From positions 800,001 to 864,000 of the forward strand of contig CAVYKI010000003.1 of NCBI GenBank assembly GCA_963769025.1: 64,000 nt of DNA, in the 5' to 3' direction. The notes beneath the pieces were generated by a model that saw nothing but the letters and a program-made list of their open reading frames with translations, made no database searches and was not told the DNA's origin. The DNA is from an uncultured Verrucomicrobiae bacterium. Its GTDB lineage: Bacteria > Verrucomicrobiota > Verrucomicrobiia > Chthoniobacterales > Chthoniobacteraceae. A program made the translations under genes and the position numbers. How positions within the stretch are numbered: the stretch's first letter is position 1; every line of letters starts with the position of its first letter. This document shows, one piece after another, positions 55,980 through 64,000 of the stretch.

Positions 55980-57292
55980 TGCTTGGAAAGCGTGATGCGA
56001 TCCGCAAAGACCGCCGTGACGGTTGCCGCGAAAGGCGCATGGATGATCGCGCCGAGGGCATTTGGCGCGGGTTCGGAAATGGGCTGCCCGGCTTTCACCA
56101 ACTCGCCGGCTTTCACGAGCGGCACGGTGGGCCCGCCGGCGCTTTGTTTCAGCGGGAGGACGACCTTCTTCGCCTCGACAACGCCCGCGCGGAGCGGCGC
56201 CTGGCTGTCGTATTGCTCGATGTGCATCTTCTTCATCAGCGTCTTGATCGGCACGTGCCGTCCGTCGCGCATCGGGTGGACTTTGATGTCCGTTTTTCCG
56301 GTCCACTTGAAATTCTGCTTCCGCAACACGGCCTTCGAGTCGTCGCACGCTTCCTTCGGATACAGCTCCTCGGGGCACGCGTAGAGCGTGCAAAGGCCGC
56401 ACGAACAGCAGAGCGCGGCCCATTCGTTAAAGCGCTCCGAGCCCGTGCCGGTGAACGCGAGCGTGCGCATGACCTGGTGCGGCTCGACCTGGTAGCCGAG
56501 CAAAAAGCGCGGGCAAAATTCCGTGCAGTAACGGCACTGGTCGCACGCCGACTTGCCGATCGCGGCCTGTGTCTTCGCGGGCTTGAACTTCTTCTCCATC
56601 ACGTGATGCGTGCGCGGCAGGATGATGGCGCCGGTGCTCGTCTTCACCACGGGCCGGTCAAGATCGTCGGTCGTCTCCCCCATCATGAGTCCGCCGATGG
56701 CGAGCACGGGATCATCGCACGTCGCACCGCCCGCGGCCTCGATGCACTCGCGGTAACTGATTCCGATCGGCACGGTGAGCGATACCGGCTCACCGACCGC
56801 GCCGGCGATGGTGATTGTCTTGTGCGTGACCGGCTTTCCGTCCACAGCCTGCGCGATGTTTGCGAGCGTCTCGACGTTGTTGACGATTGCTCCGACGTGG
56901 ATCGGCAGTCCCGCGGGCGGGATGAGTTTCCCGGTGACGGTGTAAACGAGATCGTACTCGTCGCCCGCCGGGTAAAAGTCACCGAGCAACTGCACCCGCA
57001 CGCGCGTCCCCTTGCATGCATCCTCGATCGCTTCGACGGCTTTCTTCTTCTTCGCCTTGATGCCGATCACGCCTTCGTTCGCCCCGGTCGCAGCCATGCT
57101 CAGCTCGACGCCTCGGACAACGTCAGCCGCGTAATGTTCCATCACTGCCGCATCCTTGTGCAGCAGCGGCTCACACTCCGCGCCGTTGGCGATGATGATC
57201 TCGGCCTTCGAGCCGAGCTTCACATGCGCCGGAAATCCGCCGCCACCCGCACCGACAACACCAGCGAGCCGGACTTGATCGACGAGTGACAT
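55976..57292 (-). CDS. pduS: PduS-like flavin/4Fe-4S oxidoreductase (RnfC-related)
   Basis: GVVGAGGGGFP, ANGAECEPLL, YPAGDE, CDQCRYCTEFCP, CCSCGLCTLYACP. Confidence 0.88.
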   Translation of the reverse strand: MSLVDQVRLAGVVGAGGGGFPAHVKLGSKAEIIIANGAECEPLLHKDAAVMEHYAADVVRGVELSMAATGANEGVIGIKAKKKKAVEAIEDACKGTRVRVQLLGDFYPAGDEYDLVYTVTGKLIPPAGLPIHVGAIVNNVETLANIAQAVDGKPVTHKTITIAGAVGEPVSLTVPIGISYRECIEAAGGATCDDPVLAIGGLMMGETTDDLDRPVVKTSTGAIILPRTHHVMEKKFKPAKTQAAIGKSACDQCRYCTEFCPRFLLGYQVEPHQVMRTLAFTGTGSERFNEWAALCCSCGLCTLYACPEELYPKEACDDSKAVLRKQNFKWTGKTDIKVHPMRDGRHVPIKTLMKKMHIEQYDSQAPLRAGVVEAKKVVLPLKQSAGGPTVPLVKAGELVKAGQPISEPAPNALGAIIHAPFAATVTAVFADRITLSKQ

Positions 57293-57301
57293 GCCCTGCG
57301 C

Positions 57302-58378
57302 CTACTTTTTCAGATTCGCGACGATTTCGTCGGTGAGCTTCTGCACGAGCGCTTCGATCTCGGCATCGCTCGATGGCGACGCCATTCGTCATCGGATTGA
57401 ACGGCGTGACCGGCGATGAGCAGCCGTGCGAGCCGCACATCTGCGTCCACGGATCGACTTCGCAGAGGCCGGCGGGCTTGAGGTCGTAGCGGTCGTCGGG
57501 GAGGCCGAGGCTCTTCTTGATGTTGAGCAATTCGGGCAGCTTGTCGCACGGGATCGACGCGCTGCCGGGAATGGCCTGCGCGAGGATGACCGTGCGGCAA
57601 TACGCGTCGGTGATCTCCATTTTGAAATACGCGTCCTCGACCGACTTGCCCCAGCAGATCACGCCGTGGTTGCCCATGAGGATGGACTGGTGCTTCGGCG
57701 CGAGCGGGAAAATCTCCGCGGCGATCTCCGGCGAACCGGGCGTCTTGTAAGGCGTGTAGGCGACCGTGCCGACGAACACTTCCAGTTCGGGAATCAGGCG
57801 CGGCGGCGGCTGCATGCCCTTGATGGCGAATGCGCCCGCGTGGACCGGATGCGCGTGGCACACGCTCACGGCCTCGGGCGTGGAATGGAAGATGGCCATG
57901 TGCGTGGTGATTTCGCTGGAGCGCTTCCACGTGCCGCCGAGCTGCTTTCCCTTGCCATCGACCATGCACATCATGTCGGGCGTCATGAAGCCCTTGCTCA
58001 CGCCGGTCGGCGTGCAGATGAAGCGATCCGGGCCGAGCCGCGCGGAGATGTTGCCGCCGTTGCCGTCGCAATATTCGCGCGCCCAGATGCGGCGTCCGAT
58101 GTCGCAGATCTGTTCCTTGATCGTCGTTCGCTTCCTTCGAGGCGAAAAGGCGACGTCATCCGCGCTGTAGGCCGGATGCTCCGGCGGCAGGCGCGGGTGC
58201 AGCGGCGCGTGCGTCACCGCCAGGGCGACTGCGCGGCTCCGTCGTAAACGACCTTTATGCCCGCCTCGGTGAAGATGTCCTTCGCGCCGGGCGTGAGGCG
58301 CGTTTCGCCGTTCTGCCGGAATTCCTTCGCGCCGGTTTTGACAAAGTCTGCGGCTTCTTTTTGTGCGATGAGTTTCAT
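57302..58378 (-). CDS. Class II aldolase with an extra N-terminal domain and a C-terminal encapsulation peptide (frameshifted)
   Basis: GNISAR, TPTGVSKG, SSEITTH, HAHP, LMGNHGV; C-terminal DAEIEALVQKLTDEIVANLKK. Confidence 0.88.
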
Positions 58379-58381
58379 AGT

Positions 58382-58659
58382 TTATTCCTTGTAGAAAAAT
58401 TCGTCGACGAGCGCGGCGCAGTAGGCGTCCACGGGGGTTGGCTTCTCGAATGGGCACGCGGCCTCGCGGCCTTCGCTGATCGCGATCTGCTGCCCGACGC
58501 CCGCGCCGAGCTGATCGTAGACGACGATCGCCGGGTCATGCTTCTCGCGCCGCCGAAAGTGTCCGTCTTCCACGGCAGCGTCAGCAGGAGCCGCTCGCCG
58601 ATGTATTTCTTCGAGCGCACGGAAAGTGTGACGCGGCCGATGACGGTGCCCATTCTCAT
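58382..58659 (-). CDS. BMC-P vertex protein (EutN/CcmL), frameshifted
   Basis: GTVIGRVTLS..YDQLGAGVGQ..SEGREAA..PVDAY. Confidence 0.85.
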
Positions 58660-58919
58660 AGCGCGAGGCTCCTCTCCGGATCGATGATGCCCATCACGGA
58701 CCAGCGCGCCGGACTGCGTTCGTCGCCGACCATCTTGCGCGCCTCGCTGCCGTCGCTGGAGATCATCACCTTCTGCCCGATGCCCGCGCCGAGGGAATCG
58801 AGCACGATCTGCGGTGCGAGATCCGGACTCTCAGGGATCGCGATGAGCAGCCGCCAGCCATCGAGGCTTTTGTGCTTCACCGTCGATGTGACGTGTCCCT
58901 TGATCGTCGCTAAGCGCAT
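58656..58919 (-). CDS. BMC-P vertex protein (EutN/CcmL)
   Basis: MRLATIKGHVTSTVKH..LDSLGAGIGQ..SDGSEAR..MGIID. Confidence 0.9.
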   Translation of the reverse strand: MRLATIKGHVTSTVKHKSLDGWRLLIAIPESPDLAPQIVLDSLGAGIGQKVMISSDGSEARKMVGDERSPARWSVMGIIDPERSLAL

Positions 58920-58927
58920 TGGGGCAT

Positions 58928-60358
58928 TTAGAAAAGGTTCAGGTTTTCCACCATCACGCAGCGGCGCGAGCGGGTGAACGTCATGGGCGTGGTGACGCCT
59001 TCGCCGGTCGGCGTGGCGACGCTGAAGCTCAGGAAGCCTTCGCCGCCGAGACCGAGGCCGGTCATGCACGGGCCGTTCTTGATGAATAGCGTGGTGTCCA
59101 CGACCTGCGCCATCTTGGTGAGGTTGCGGATGTTCTGCGAATGCATGATCGCCGTGTGCTTGTAGTTGTGTTCGGCCTTGATCGCTTCCGCGATGGCGAC
59201 GTCCACATTCGGCACGCGCACGACGGGGATGAAGGGCATCATCTGCTCCTCATCGACGAAAATGTGGTCCGCCTTCGTCTCGCCGAAGAGGAGCTGCGTG
59301 GACGGCGGGACGTCGAGGCCGATGGCCTTCGCGAGCACCGCGGCGTCGCGGCCCACGAGGTCGCGGTTCACGACCGGATGCGGGCAGCCCGCGCCTTTTC
59401 CCTGCGGGAAAACGAACGCCTTTTCCGCGAGCGCCTCGATCTGCCTGGCGTCGAGTTGCACGGCTCCGGCGCGCTTCAGCGCGGCCATCAGTTTGTCCGC
59501 GACGGCTTCGACGACGAACACTTCCTTTTCGCCGATGCAGAGCAGGTTGTTGTCGTAGCTCGCACCCTGGATGATGCACTTCGCTGCGTGATCGAGGTCG
59601 GCGGTTTCGTCGACGACGACCGGCGGATTTCCGGGCCCGGCGCAAATCGCGCGCTTGCCGACTTTCATCGCCGCCGCGACGACCGCGGGGCCGCCGGTGA
59701 CGCAGAGCAGCCGCACCTTCGGGTGCTTGCACATGATGTCGAAGGTTTCGAGCGTCGGCTTCACCACGGTGGTCAGCAGGTCGCTGATGCCGGTCTCCTG
59801 GAAAATCGCCTCATTATAGCCGCGCACCGCGAGCGCCGCCACGTTGCACGCGGCGGGATGCGTGTTGAAGACCGCGGCATTGCCGGCGGCGATCATGTTG
59901 ATCGCATTGCCCGTGAGCGTCGGGACGCTGTGCGTCGAGGGAGTCACCGCACCGACAACTCCCCACGGCGCGAAATCCACAATCGTCAGGCCGAAGTCGC
60001 CGCTGAAAGCCATGCGCTCGAGGAACTCGACGCCGGGCACGAGGTCGCCGCAAATCTTGAGCTTCTCGATCTTGTGATCGAGGCGGCCGATTTTCGTCTC
60101 GGCCATTTCGATTTCGCCCCACTCCTTCGCCTTCGCGACGCACATCTTGCGGATGACATTGATCGCCTTGCGCCGCGCGGACACGCCGAGTTCGCGCAGC
60201 TTTTCAAAGGAGCGATGCGCCGCCTCGCACGCGTCTTCCATTTTCTCATACACGCCAAACGCGGTCTTCGAGGAAGGCGCGGCCTTTGTCTGCGAGGCGA
60301 GGCGGGCGAGCACTTCGCTCACCACTTTGGATACCAGTTTTTCGTCAATCATTGCCAT
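58928..60358 (-). CDS. CoA-acylating aldehyde dehydrogenase (PduP/EutE-like) with an N-terminal encapsulation peptide
   Basis: IDEKLVSKVVSEVLARL; TGGPAVV; AGPGNPP; NNLLCIGEK; TPTGEG. Confidence 0.94.
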   Translation of the reverse strand: MAMIDEKLVSKVVSEVLARLASQTKAAPSSKTAFGVYEKMEDACEAAHRSFEKLRELGVSARRKAINVIRKMCVAKAKEWGEIEMAETKIGRLDHKIEKLKICGDLVPGVEFLERMAFSGDFGLTIVDFAPWGVVGAVTPSTHSVPTLTGNAINMIAAGNAAVFNTHPAACNVAALAVRGYNEAIFQETGISDLLTTVVKPTLETFDIMCKHPKVRLLCVTGGPAVVAAAMKVGKRAICAGPGNPPVVVDETADLDHAAKCIIQGASYDNNLLCIGEKEVFVVEAVADKLMAALKRAGAVQLDARQIEALAEKAFVFPQGKGAGCPHPVVNRDLVGRDAAVLAKAIGLDVPPSTQLLFGETKADHIFVDEEQMMPFIPVVRVPNVDVAIAEAIKAEHNYKHTAIMHSQNIRNLTKMAQVVDTTLFIKNGPCMTGLGLGGEGFLSFSVATPTGEGVTTPMTFTRSRRCVMVENLNLF

Positions 60359-60379
60359 GTGAAGTCAGTTTAGAAGTTG

Positions 60380-60464
60380 GCCCGCGAAAGACGCGAAAGG
60401 ACGCGAAAATTTCGGGGAGATGTTGATGGAATTCATTTCGCGCATTTTCGCGTGTTGCGCGGGC
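60380..60464. repeat. CGCGAAA-triplet palindromic element, copy A
   Basis: GCCCGCGAAAGACGCGAAAGGACGCGAAA ... TTTCGCGCATTTTCGCGTGTTGCGCGGGC. Confidence 0.85.
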
Positions 60465-60470
60465 ACGAAG

Positions 60471-60779
60471 TCACTGCGCTTTGAACAGGATGTGTTTGCC
60501 GACATCCACGGTGTCCACGATGCCGATCACGACGGCATCCACGGGCGAATCCTTGTCGTCAGCCGCGAGCCGCGCGGAGCTGCCCTGCACGATGAGGACG
60601 ATTTCGCCTTCCCCCGCGCCGAGGGTGTCCGTGACCACGAGCGTGCTCGTGCCGGGCTTCCATTCCTTGGCCGTCGGCGAATCAATCACAAGCGGACGCA
60701 CGAGGAGAAACTTGTTCCCCGTCATCTTCTTGTTCTTCTTCGTCGCGACGACGCTGCCTTCTACGCGGGCTAAAATCAT
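60471..60779 (-). CDS. BMC-P vertex protein (EutN/CcmL)
   Basis: MILARVEGSVVATKK..DTLGAGEGE..GSSAR..PVDAVVIGIVD. Confidence 0.93.
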   Translation of the reverse strand: MILARVEGSVVATKKNKKMTGNKFLLVRPLVIDSPTAKEWKPGTSTLVVTDTLGAGEGEIVLIVQGSSARLAADDKDSPVDAVVIGIVDTVDVGKHILFKAQ

Positions 60780-60792
60780 GGTCTGAGTTTGT

Positions 60793-60874
60793 GCCCGTGA
60801 AATACGCGGAAATTGCGAAATGGATTCAGGCAAAAGCCCCGCCCTTTTCGTGTCATTTCGTGTGTTTCGCGGGT
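60793..60874. repeat. CGCGAAA-triplet palindromic element, copy B
   Basis: GCCCGTGAAATACGCGGAAATTGCGAAA ... TTTCGTGTCATTTCGTGTGTTTCGCGGGT. Confidence 0.8.
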
Positions 60875-60880
60875 GTCAAA

Positions 60881-61162
60881 TTACTTCGCCTTCGGGAGCA
60901 CTGCGACGAGATCGCCGTGCGGGCGCGCGATGACGCTGATGCTGACGATTTCGCCGAGGCCTTGCGCGGCGATCTTGCCGGCTTCGGTCGCGGCTTTCAC
61001 GGCGGCGACATCGCCGGTGACGCAGACGGTCACCATTGCGTTGCCGACCTGGGTGATGGGGCCGACGAGTTCGACGTTGGCGGATTTGAGCATCGCGTCC
61101 GTCGCTTCGACGAGTGCGACGAGGCCGCGGGTTTCGATGAGTCCGATTGCTTGTTGTGCCAT
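60881..61162 (-). CDS. BMC-H shell protein
   Basis: [33 protein letters not shown]. Confidence 0.95.
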   Translation of the reverse strand: MAQQAIGLIETRGLVALVEATDAMLKSANVELVGPITQVGNAMVTVCVTGDVAAVKAATEAGKIAAQGLGEIVSISVIARPHGDLVAVLPKAK

Positions 61163-61169
61163 ATGATTA

Positions 61170-61197
61170 GTTGAATGTTGAGGGTTGAGTGTTGAGA
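61170..61197. repeat. Heptamer tandem repeat (GTTGARN)x4
   Basis: GTTGAAT GTTGAGG GTTGAGT GTTGAGA; related tract at 62839-62866. Confidence 0.75.
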
Positions 61198-61225
61198 GAC
61201 GCGCGAGCGAACTCCGGTTGTTTGG

Positions 61226-62410
61226 TTAGTTGCTGGTTGAAAGTTTTGCCCACGCGTTGCGGGCGATGATGATTTCCTCGTTCGTCGGAATGACGCGCAC
61301 TTCGATCTTCGAGCGCGGCGTGGAGATAACGGCTTCGTCGGCGCGCGTGCGGTTGTTTGCGTCGCGGTCGAGTTCGAGGCCGCAGAATTCGAGGTTCGCG
61401 CAGATTTTCTCGCGGAGGATCGGGTTGTTCTCGGCGATGCCTGCGGTGAAAATGAGGACGTCGGCGCCGTTCAGCTCGACAAGGAACTGGCCGATGTATT
61501 TGCGGATCGCGGCGACGAATACATCGAGCGCGATGGACGCGTCGGCGTTGCCTTTCGCGGCTGCGTCGAGCAAGTCGCGGATGTCGCCGGTCGCGAGGCC
61601 GGAAAGGCCTTTGAGGCCGGACTGCGAGGTCAGCGCCTTTTCCACGGCATCAATGCCGAGGCCGAGGTCACGGGCGAGGTAGATGAGCGCGAAGCAGTCG
61701 AAATCGCCCACGCGGTTGTTTTGCGGCAGTCCGCTCTGCGGCGTCATGCCCCAGCTCGAATCAATGGCCTTTCCATCGCGCACTGCGGCGATGGATGAAC
61801 TGCCGCCGAGGTGGCAGGAGATGATGCGCAGCTTGTCCGTGCCGCGCAGTTCCGCGCAGCGCTGCGAGACGAAGCGATGGCTCGCGCCGTGGAATCCGTA
61901 GCGCCGGATGCCGTATTTCGTCTCCCATTCGCGCGGGACCGGGTAGCGCACGTTTTCCACCGGCACCTCGTCGTAAAATGCGGTCTCGAATGTGCCGATG
62001 CACGGGAGCTTCGGGTGCGATTTGTGGAAGCTGCGCACCGCCGCGACGTACGGCGGATTGTGCGCAGGCAGAAGCGTGTTGATTTCCTCCATCGCGCGTA
62101 GCACGGGCTCCGCGAGCACCTGCGTGCCCGAGATACCGCGGGCCATCACCGGCTTGAAGCCGACCGCCGCGAGTTCGCCGAACCCGCCGAGCATTTTTTC
62201 GACGAGCGCGATCGCTGCACCGTGGTCGGGCAAGGCGGTCGTGCCGCTTTGCTCCGGCTCGCTGCCGATCTGCGCCTTCCACGGCGACTCCGCGCTGCCG
62301 ATCCGCTCCACGCCACCCTTCGCCAGCACGCGCTCGGAGGGCATCTCGATCAAGCGGAACTTGAACGAGGTGCTGCCGATGTTGGCGACGAGGATTTTGT
62401 TTGGCGTCAT
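61226..62410 (-). CDS. Acetate/propionate family kinase (BMC-associated)
   Basis: ANIGSTSFKF, PAHNP, RYGFHGASH, CHLGGSSS, FTAGIAEN, PTNEE. Confidence 0.93.
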   Translation of the reverse strand: MTPNKILVANIGSTSFKFRLIEMPSERVLAKGGVERIGSAESPWKAQIGSEPEQSGTTALPDHGAAIALVEKMLGGFGELAAVGFKPVMARGISGTQVLAEPVLRAMEEINTLLPAHNPPYVAAVRSFHKSHPKLPCIGTFETAFYDEVPVENVRYPVPREWETKYGIRRYGFHGASHRFVSQRCAELRGTDKLRIISCHLGGSSSIAAVRDGKAIDSSWGMTPQSGLPQNNRVGDFDCFALIYLARDLGLGIDAVEKALTSQSGLKGLSGLATGDIRDLLDAAAKGNADASIALDVFVAAIRKYIGQFLVELNGADVLIFTAGIAENNPILREKICANLEFCGLELDRDANNRTRADEAVISTPRSKIEVRVIPTNEEIIIARNAWAKLSTSN

Positions 62411-62417
62411 GGATTTG

Positions 62418-62513
62418 GCCCGCGAAAGGCGCGAAAAAGCGCGGAAGGAGGTTTGTTGTCAGTTGGCGATCTGTTCCGGAAACCTTTCGCGATCTTTCGC
62501 GTGTTTCGCGGGC
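62418..62513. repeat. CGCGAAA-triplet palindromic element, copy C
   Basis: GCCCGCGAAAGGCGCGAAAAAGCGCGGAA ... TTTCGCGATCTTTCGCGTGTTTCGCGGGC. Confidence 0.85.
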
Positions 62514-62528
62514 ACAGATGCCCGGTGT

Positions 62529-62834
62529 TTACTTCGCGGGTCCGTTCACCGGCTTTCCGCCGAGGAATTTCCCGAGACCGTGCAGGTCGTCGTGCGGACG
62601 CGGGATCACGTGGACGGCGACGACTTCGCCGATCGCGGTCGCTGCGGTCGCGCCAGCTTCGACGGCGGCCTTCACCGCGGCGACGTCGCCTTTCACAAAG
62701 ACGGTCACGTAGCCCGAGCCGACTTTTTCCCAGCCGATGAGTTCCACATTCGCGGCCTTCGTCATTGCGTCAGTTGCTTCGAACTGCGCGACGAGACCCT
62801 TGGTTTCGATCATTCCGATTGCTTGTCCAGCCAT
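62529..62834 (-). CDS. BMC-H shell protein
   Basis: [34 protein letters not shown]. Confidence 0.95.
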   Translation of the reverse strand: MAGQAIGMIETKGLVAQFEATDAMTKAANVELIGWEKVGSGYVTVFVKGDVAAVKAAVEAGATAATAIGEVVAVHVIPRPHDDLHGLGKFLGGKPVNGPAK

Positions 62835-62873
62835 AGTATTTGAGAGGTAAAAGTTGAGTGTTGAGAGGCGTGT

Positions 62874-63143
62874 CTAGCTGGTGAAAAACTTCAGCAGCTC
62901 CGGCGTGGGCCGGGCGATGACGTGGGACGCGACGAGATTGCCGACGCGCTTGGCCGCTTCCTTCCCGGCTTCGACTGCGGCCTTCACACTGCCGACGTCG
63001 CCGCGGACGATGGTCGTGATCAAGGCCCCGCCGATCGGGATGGATTTGACGAGTTGCACATTCGCGGCCTTGACCATGGCATCACTGGCTTCCACCAGGC
63101 CCACGTAGCCGCGCGTTTCGATTAGTCCGATTGCTTCGCTCAT
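62874..63143 (-). CDS. BMC-H shell protein
   Basis: AIGLIETRG..DAMVKAANV..GDVGSVKAA..HVIARP. Confidence 0.95.
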   Translation of the reverse strand: MSEAIGLIETRGYVGLVEASDAMVKAANVQLVKSIPIGGALITTIVRGDVGSVKAAVEAGKEAAKRVGNLVASHVIARPTPELLKFFTS

Positions 63144-63170
63144 TTGTTTTTAGTTTTGGGTTAGAATTCG

Positions 63171-63302
63171 ACCCGCGGAATCCGCGAAAGGCTCGAAAGG
63201 GTTTGGTTGTTTGAAAGTGTCGTTCGCTGCTGCTGTCGCGCGTCCGTTGTGGGGTTGATTCAGTATGGAAAAATTTCGCGTCGTTTCGCGTGTTTAGCGG
63301 GC
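63171..63302. repeat. CGCGAAA-triplet palindromic element, copy D
   Basis: ACCCGCGGAATCCGCGAAAGGCTCGAAA ... TTTCGCGTCGTTTCGCGTGTTTAGCGGGC. Confidence 0.8.
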
Positions 63303-63304
63303 TG

Positions 63305-63979
63305 CTAGGTCTTGATCAGTTCGACCTTCGTCGCGCGTTCGAGATCGCAGGCATTCGCCTCGTCGGTGTCAATGTGCACCTCCAGCTTGAAGCTCGGATC
63401 CACGCGCACGATCATCTCGTCAAAGCGCGTGTTGCACATCGGCGAGGTGACTTTCATCGTGATCCGGTCGAGGTGCTTCACTCCGTAAAATTTTGCATCG
63501 CCCGGCGACATGTGGACGTGCCGCGCCGCGCGGATGATTCCGTTTTTCATCTCCAGCATTCCCTTCGGTCCCATCACGTATCCGCCGGGGGTTCCTTCGA
63601 TGTCGCCCGACATCTTTACCGGAATATCCATGCCGAGCTGCACGGCGTCCGTCAGCGCGAGTTCGATCTGCGTGAGATTCCGGCACGGTCCGAGGATTCT
63701 CATGCTCGGGATGACGCGGCGGCGCGGCCCGATGAGCGTCACCGTCTGCTCCGAGGCAAACTGCCCTTCCTGATAAAGCATCTTGTGGACGGTGAGCTTC
63801 GCACCCTTGCCGAAAAGCGTCTCCAGATTCTCCGGCGAAATGTGCATGTGCCGCGCGGAACTGTTCACCACGAGCGTCGGCGCATTTCCCGCCGGCACAT
63901 TTTGCCCTAGCTGTTTCGCCATGGAAGCGCGCACAAGGGCCTCGATGACGGGGCGGCTGGGGGCGGTGGTGGAACTCAT
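63305..63979 (-). CDS. pduL: Phosphate propanoyltransferase (PduL) with an N-terminal encapsulation-peptide-like helix
   Basis: SARHMH, RILGP.R, SGDIEGTPG, ARHVHMSP, VHIDTDEANA. Confidence 0.94.
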   Translation of the reverse strand: MSSTTAPSRPVIEALVRASMAKQLGQNVPAGNAPTLVVNSSARHMHISPENLETLFGKGAKLTVHKMLYQEGQFASEQTVTLIGPRRRVIPSMRILGPCRNLTQIELALTDAVQLGMDIPVKMSGDIEGTPGGYVMGPKGMLEMKNGIIRAARHVHMSPGDAKFYGVKHLDRITMKVTSPMCNTRFDEMIVRVDPSFKLEVHIDTDEANACDLERATKVELIKT

Positions 63980-64000
63980 TTTTAGAGGGAAAACTTATAT

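Noticed and set aside
55976..57292. RnfC subunit of an Rnf complex
   Set aside because: No other rnf genes nearby; adjacency to PduT within a BMC operon identifies it as PduS-like
60380..63302. BMC intergenic repeats as a CRISPR array
   Set aside because: They are inverted, degenerate and separated by whole genes; no repeat-spacer periodicity and no cas genes

Overview
High-GC bacterial chromosomal window. The gene families (PSCyt/DUF1549-DUF1553 with DUF1501, a PV-type microcompartment, a Bat/MoxR operon) point to Verrucomicrobiota or a close PVC relative. Left to right: the end of a methyltransferase-rich surface-polysaccharide locus (1-7.6 kb); sulfite reductase, MocR regulator, alaS, tspO, DAHP synthase, a barrel plus cytochrome c pair under Fur-like boxes, and icd; a complete MoxR-DUF58-Bat operon; several secreted or membrane hypotheticals; a T2SS-like pseudopilin/assembly cluster; a CbpA-like DnaJ; then a ~19 kb glycan/deoxy-sugar catabolic region (esterases, sulfatase, PSCyt-PSD1 with an F-type lectin motif, DUF1501, lactonase) facing a bacterial microcompartment (BMC) operon that carries PduS/PduT. 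Many genes, including essential alaS, are broken by 1-2 bp indels in patches, most likely long-read consensus errors. No rRNA, tRNA, CRISPR array, integrase or transposase was recognised. Most notable: the PduS/PduT-equipped BMC with no visible NADH-recycling dehydrogenase, a ~300 bp foreign-looking insert inside alaS, repeat elements in every 5' intergenic gap of the BMC operon, a putative iron-regulated barrel-cytochrome module, and a structured 5' leader candidate. All family assignments are from motif recognition by eye; no database searches were run.
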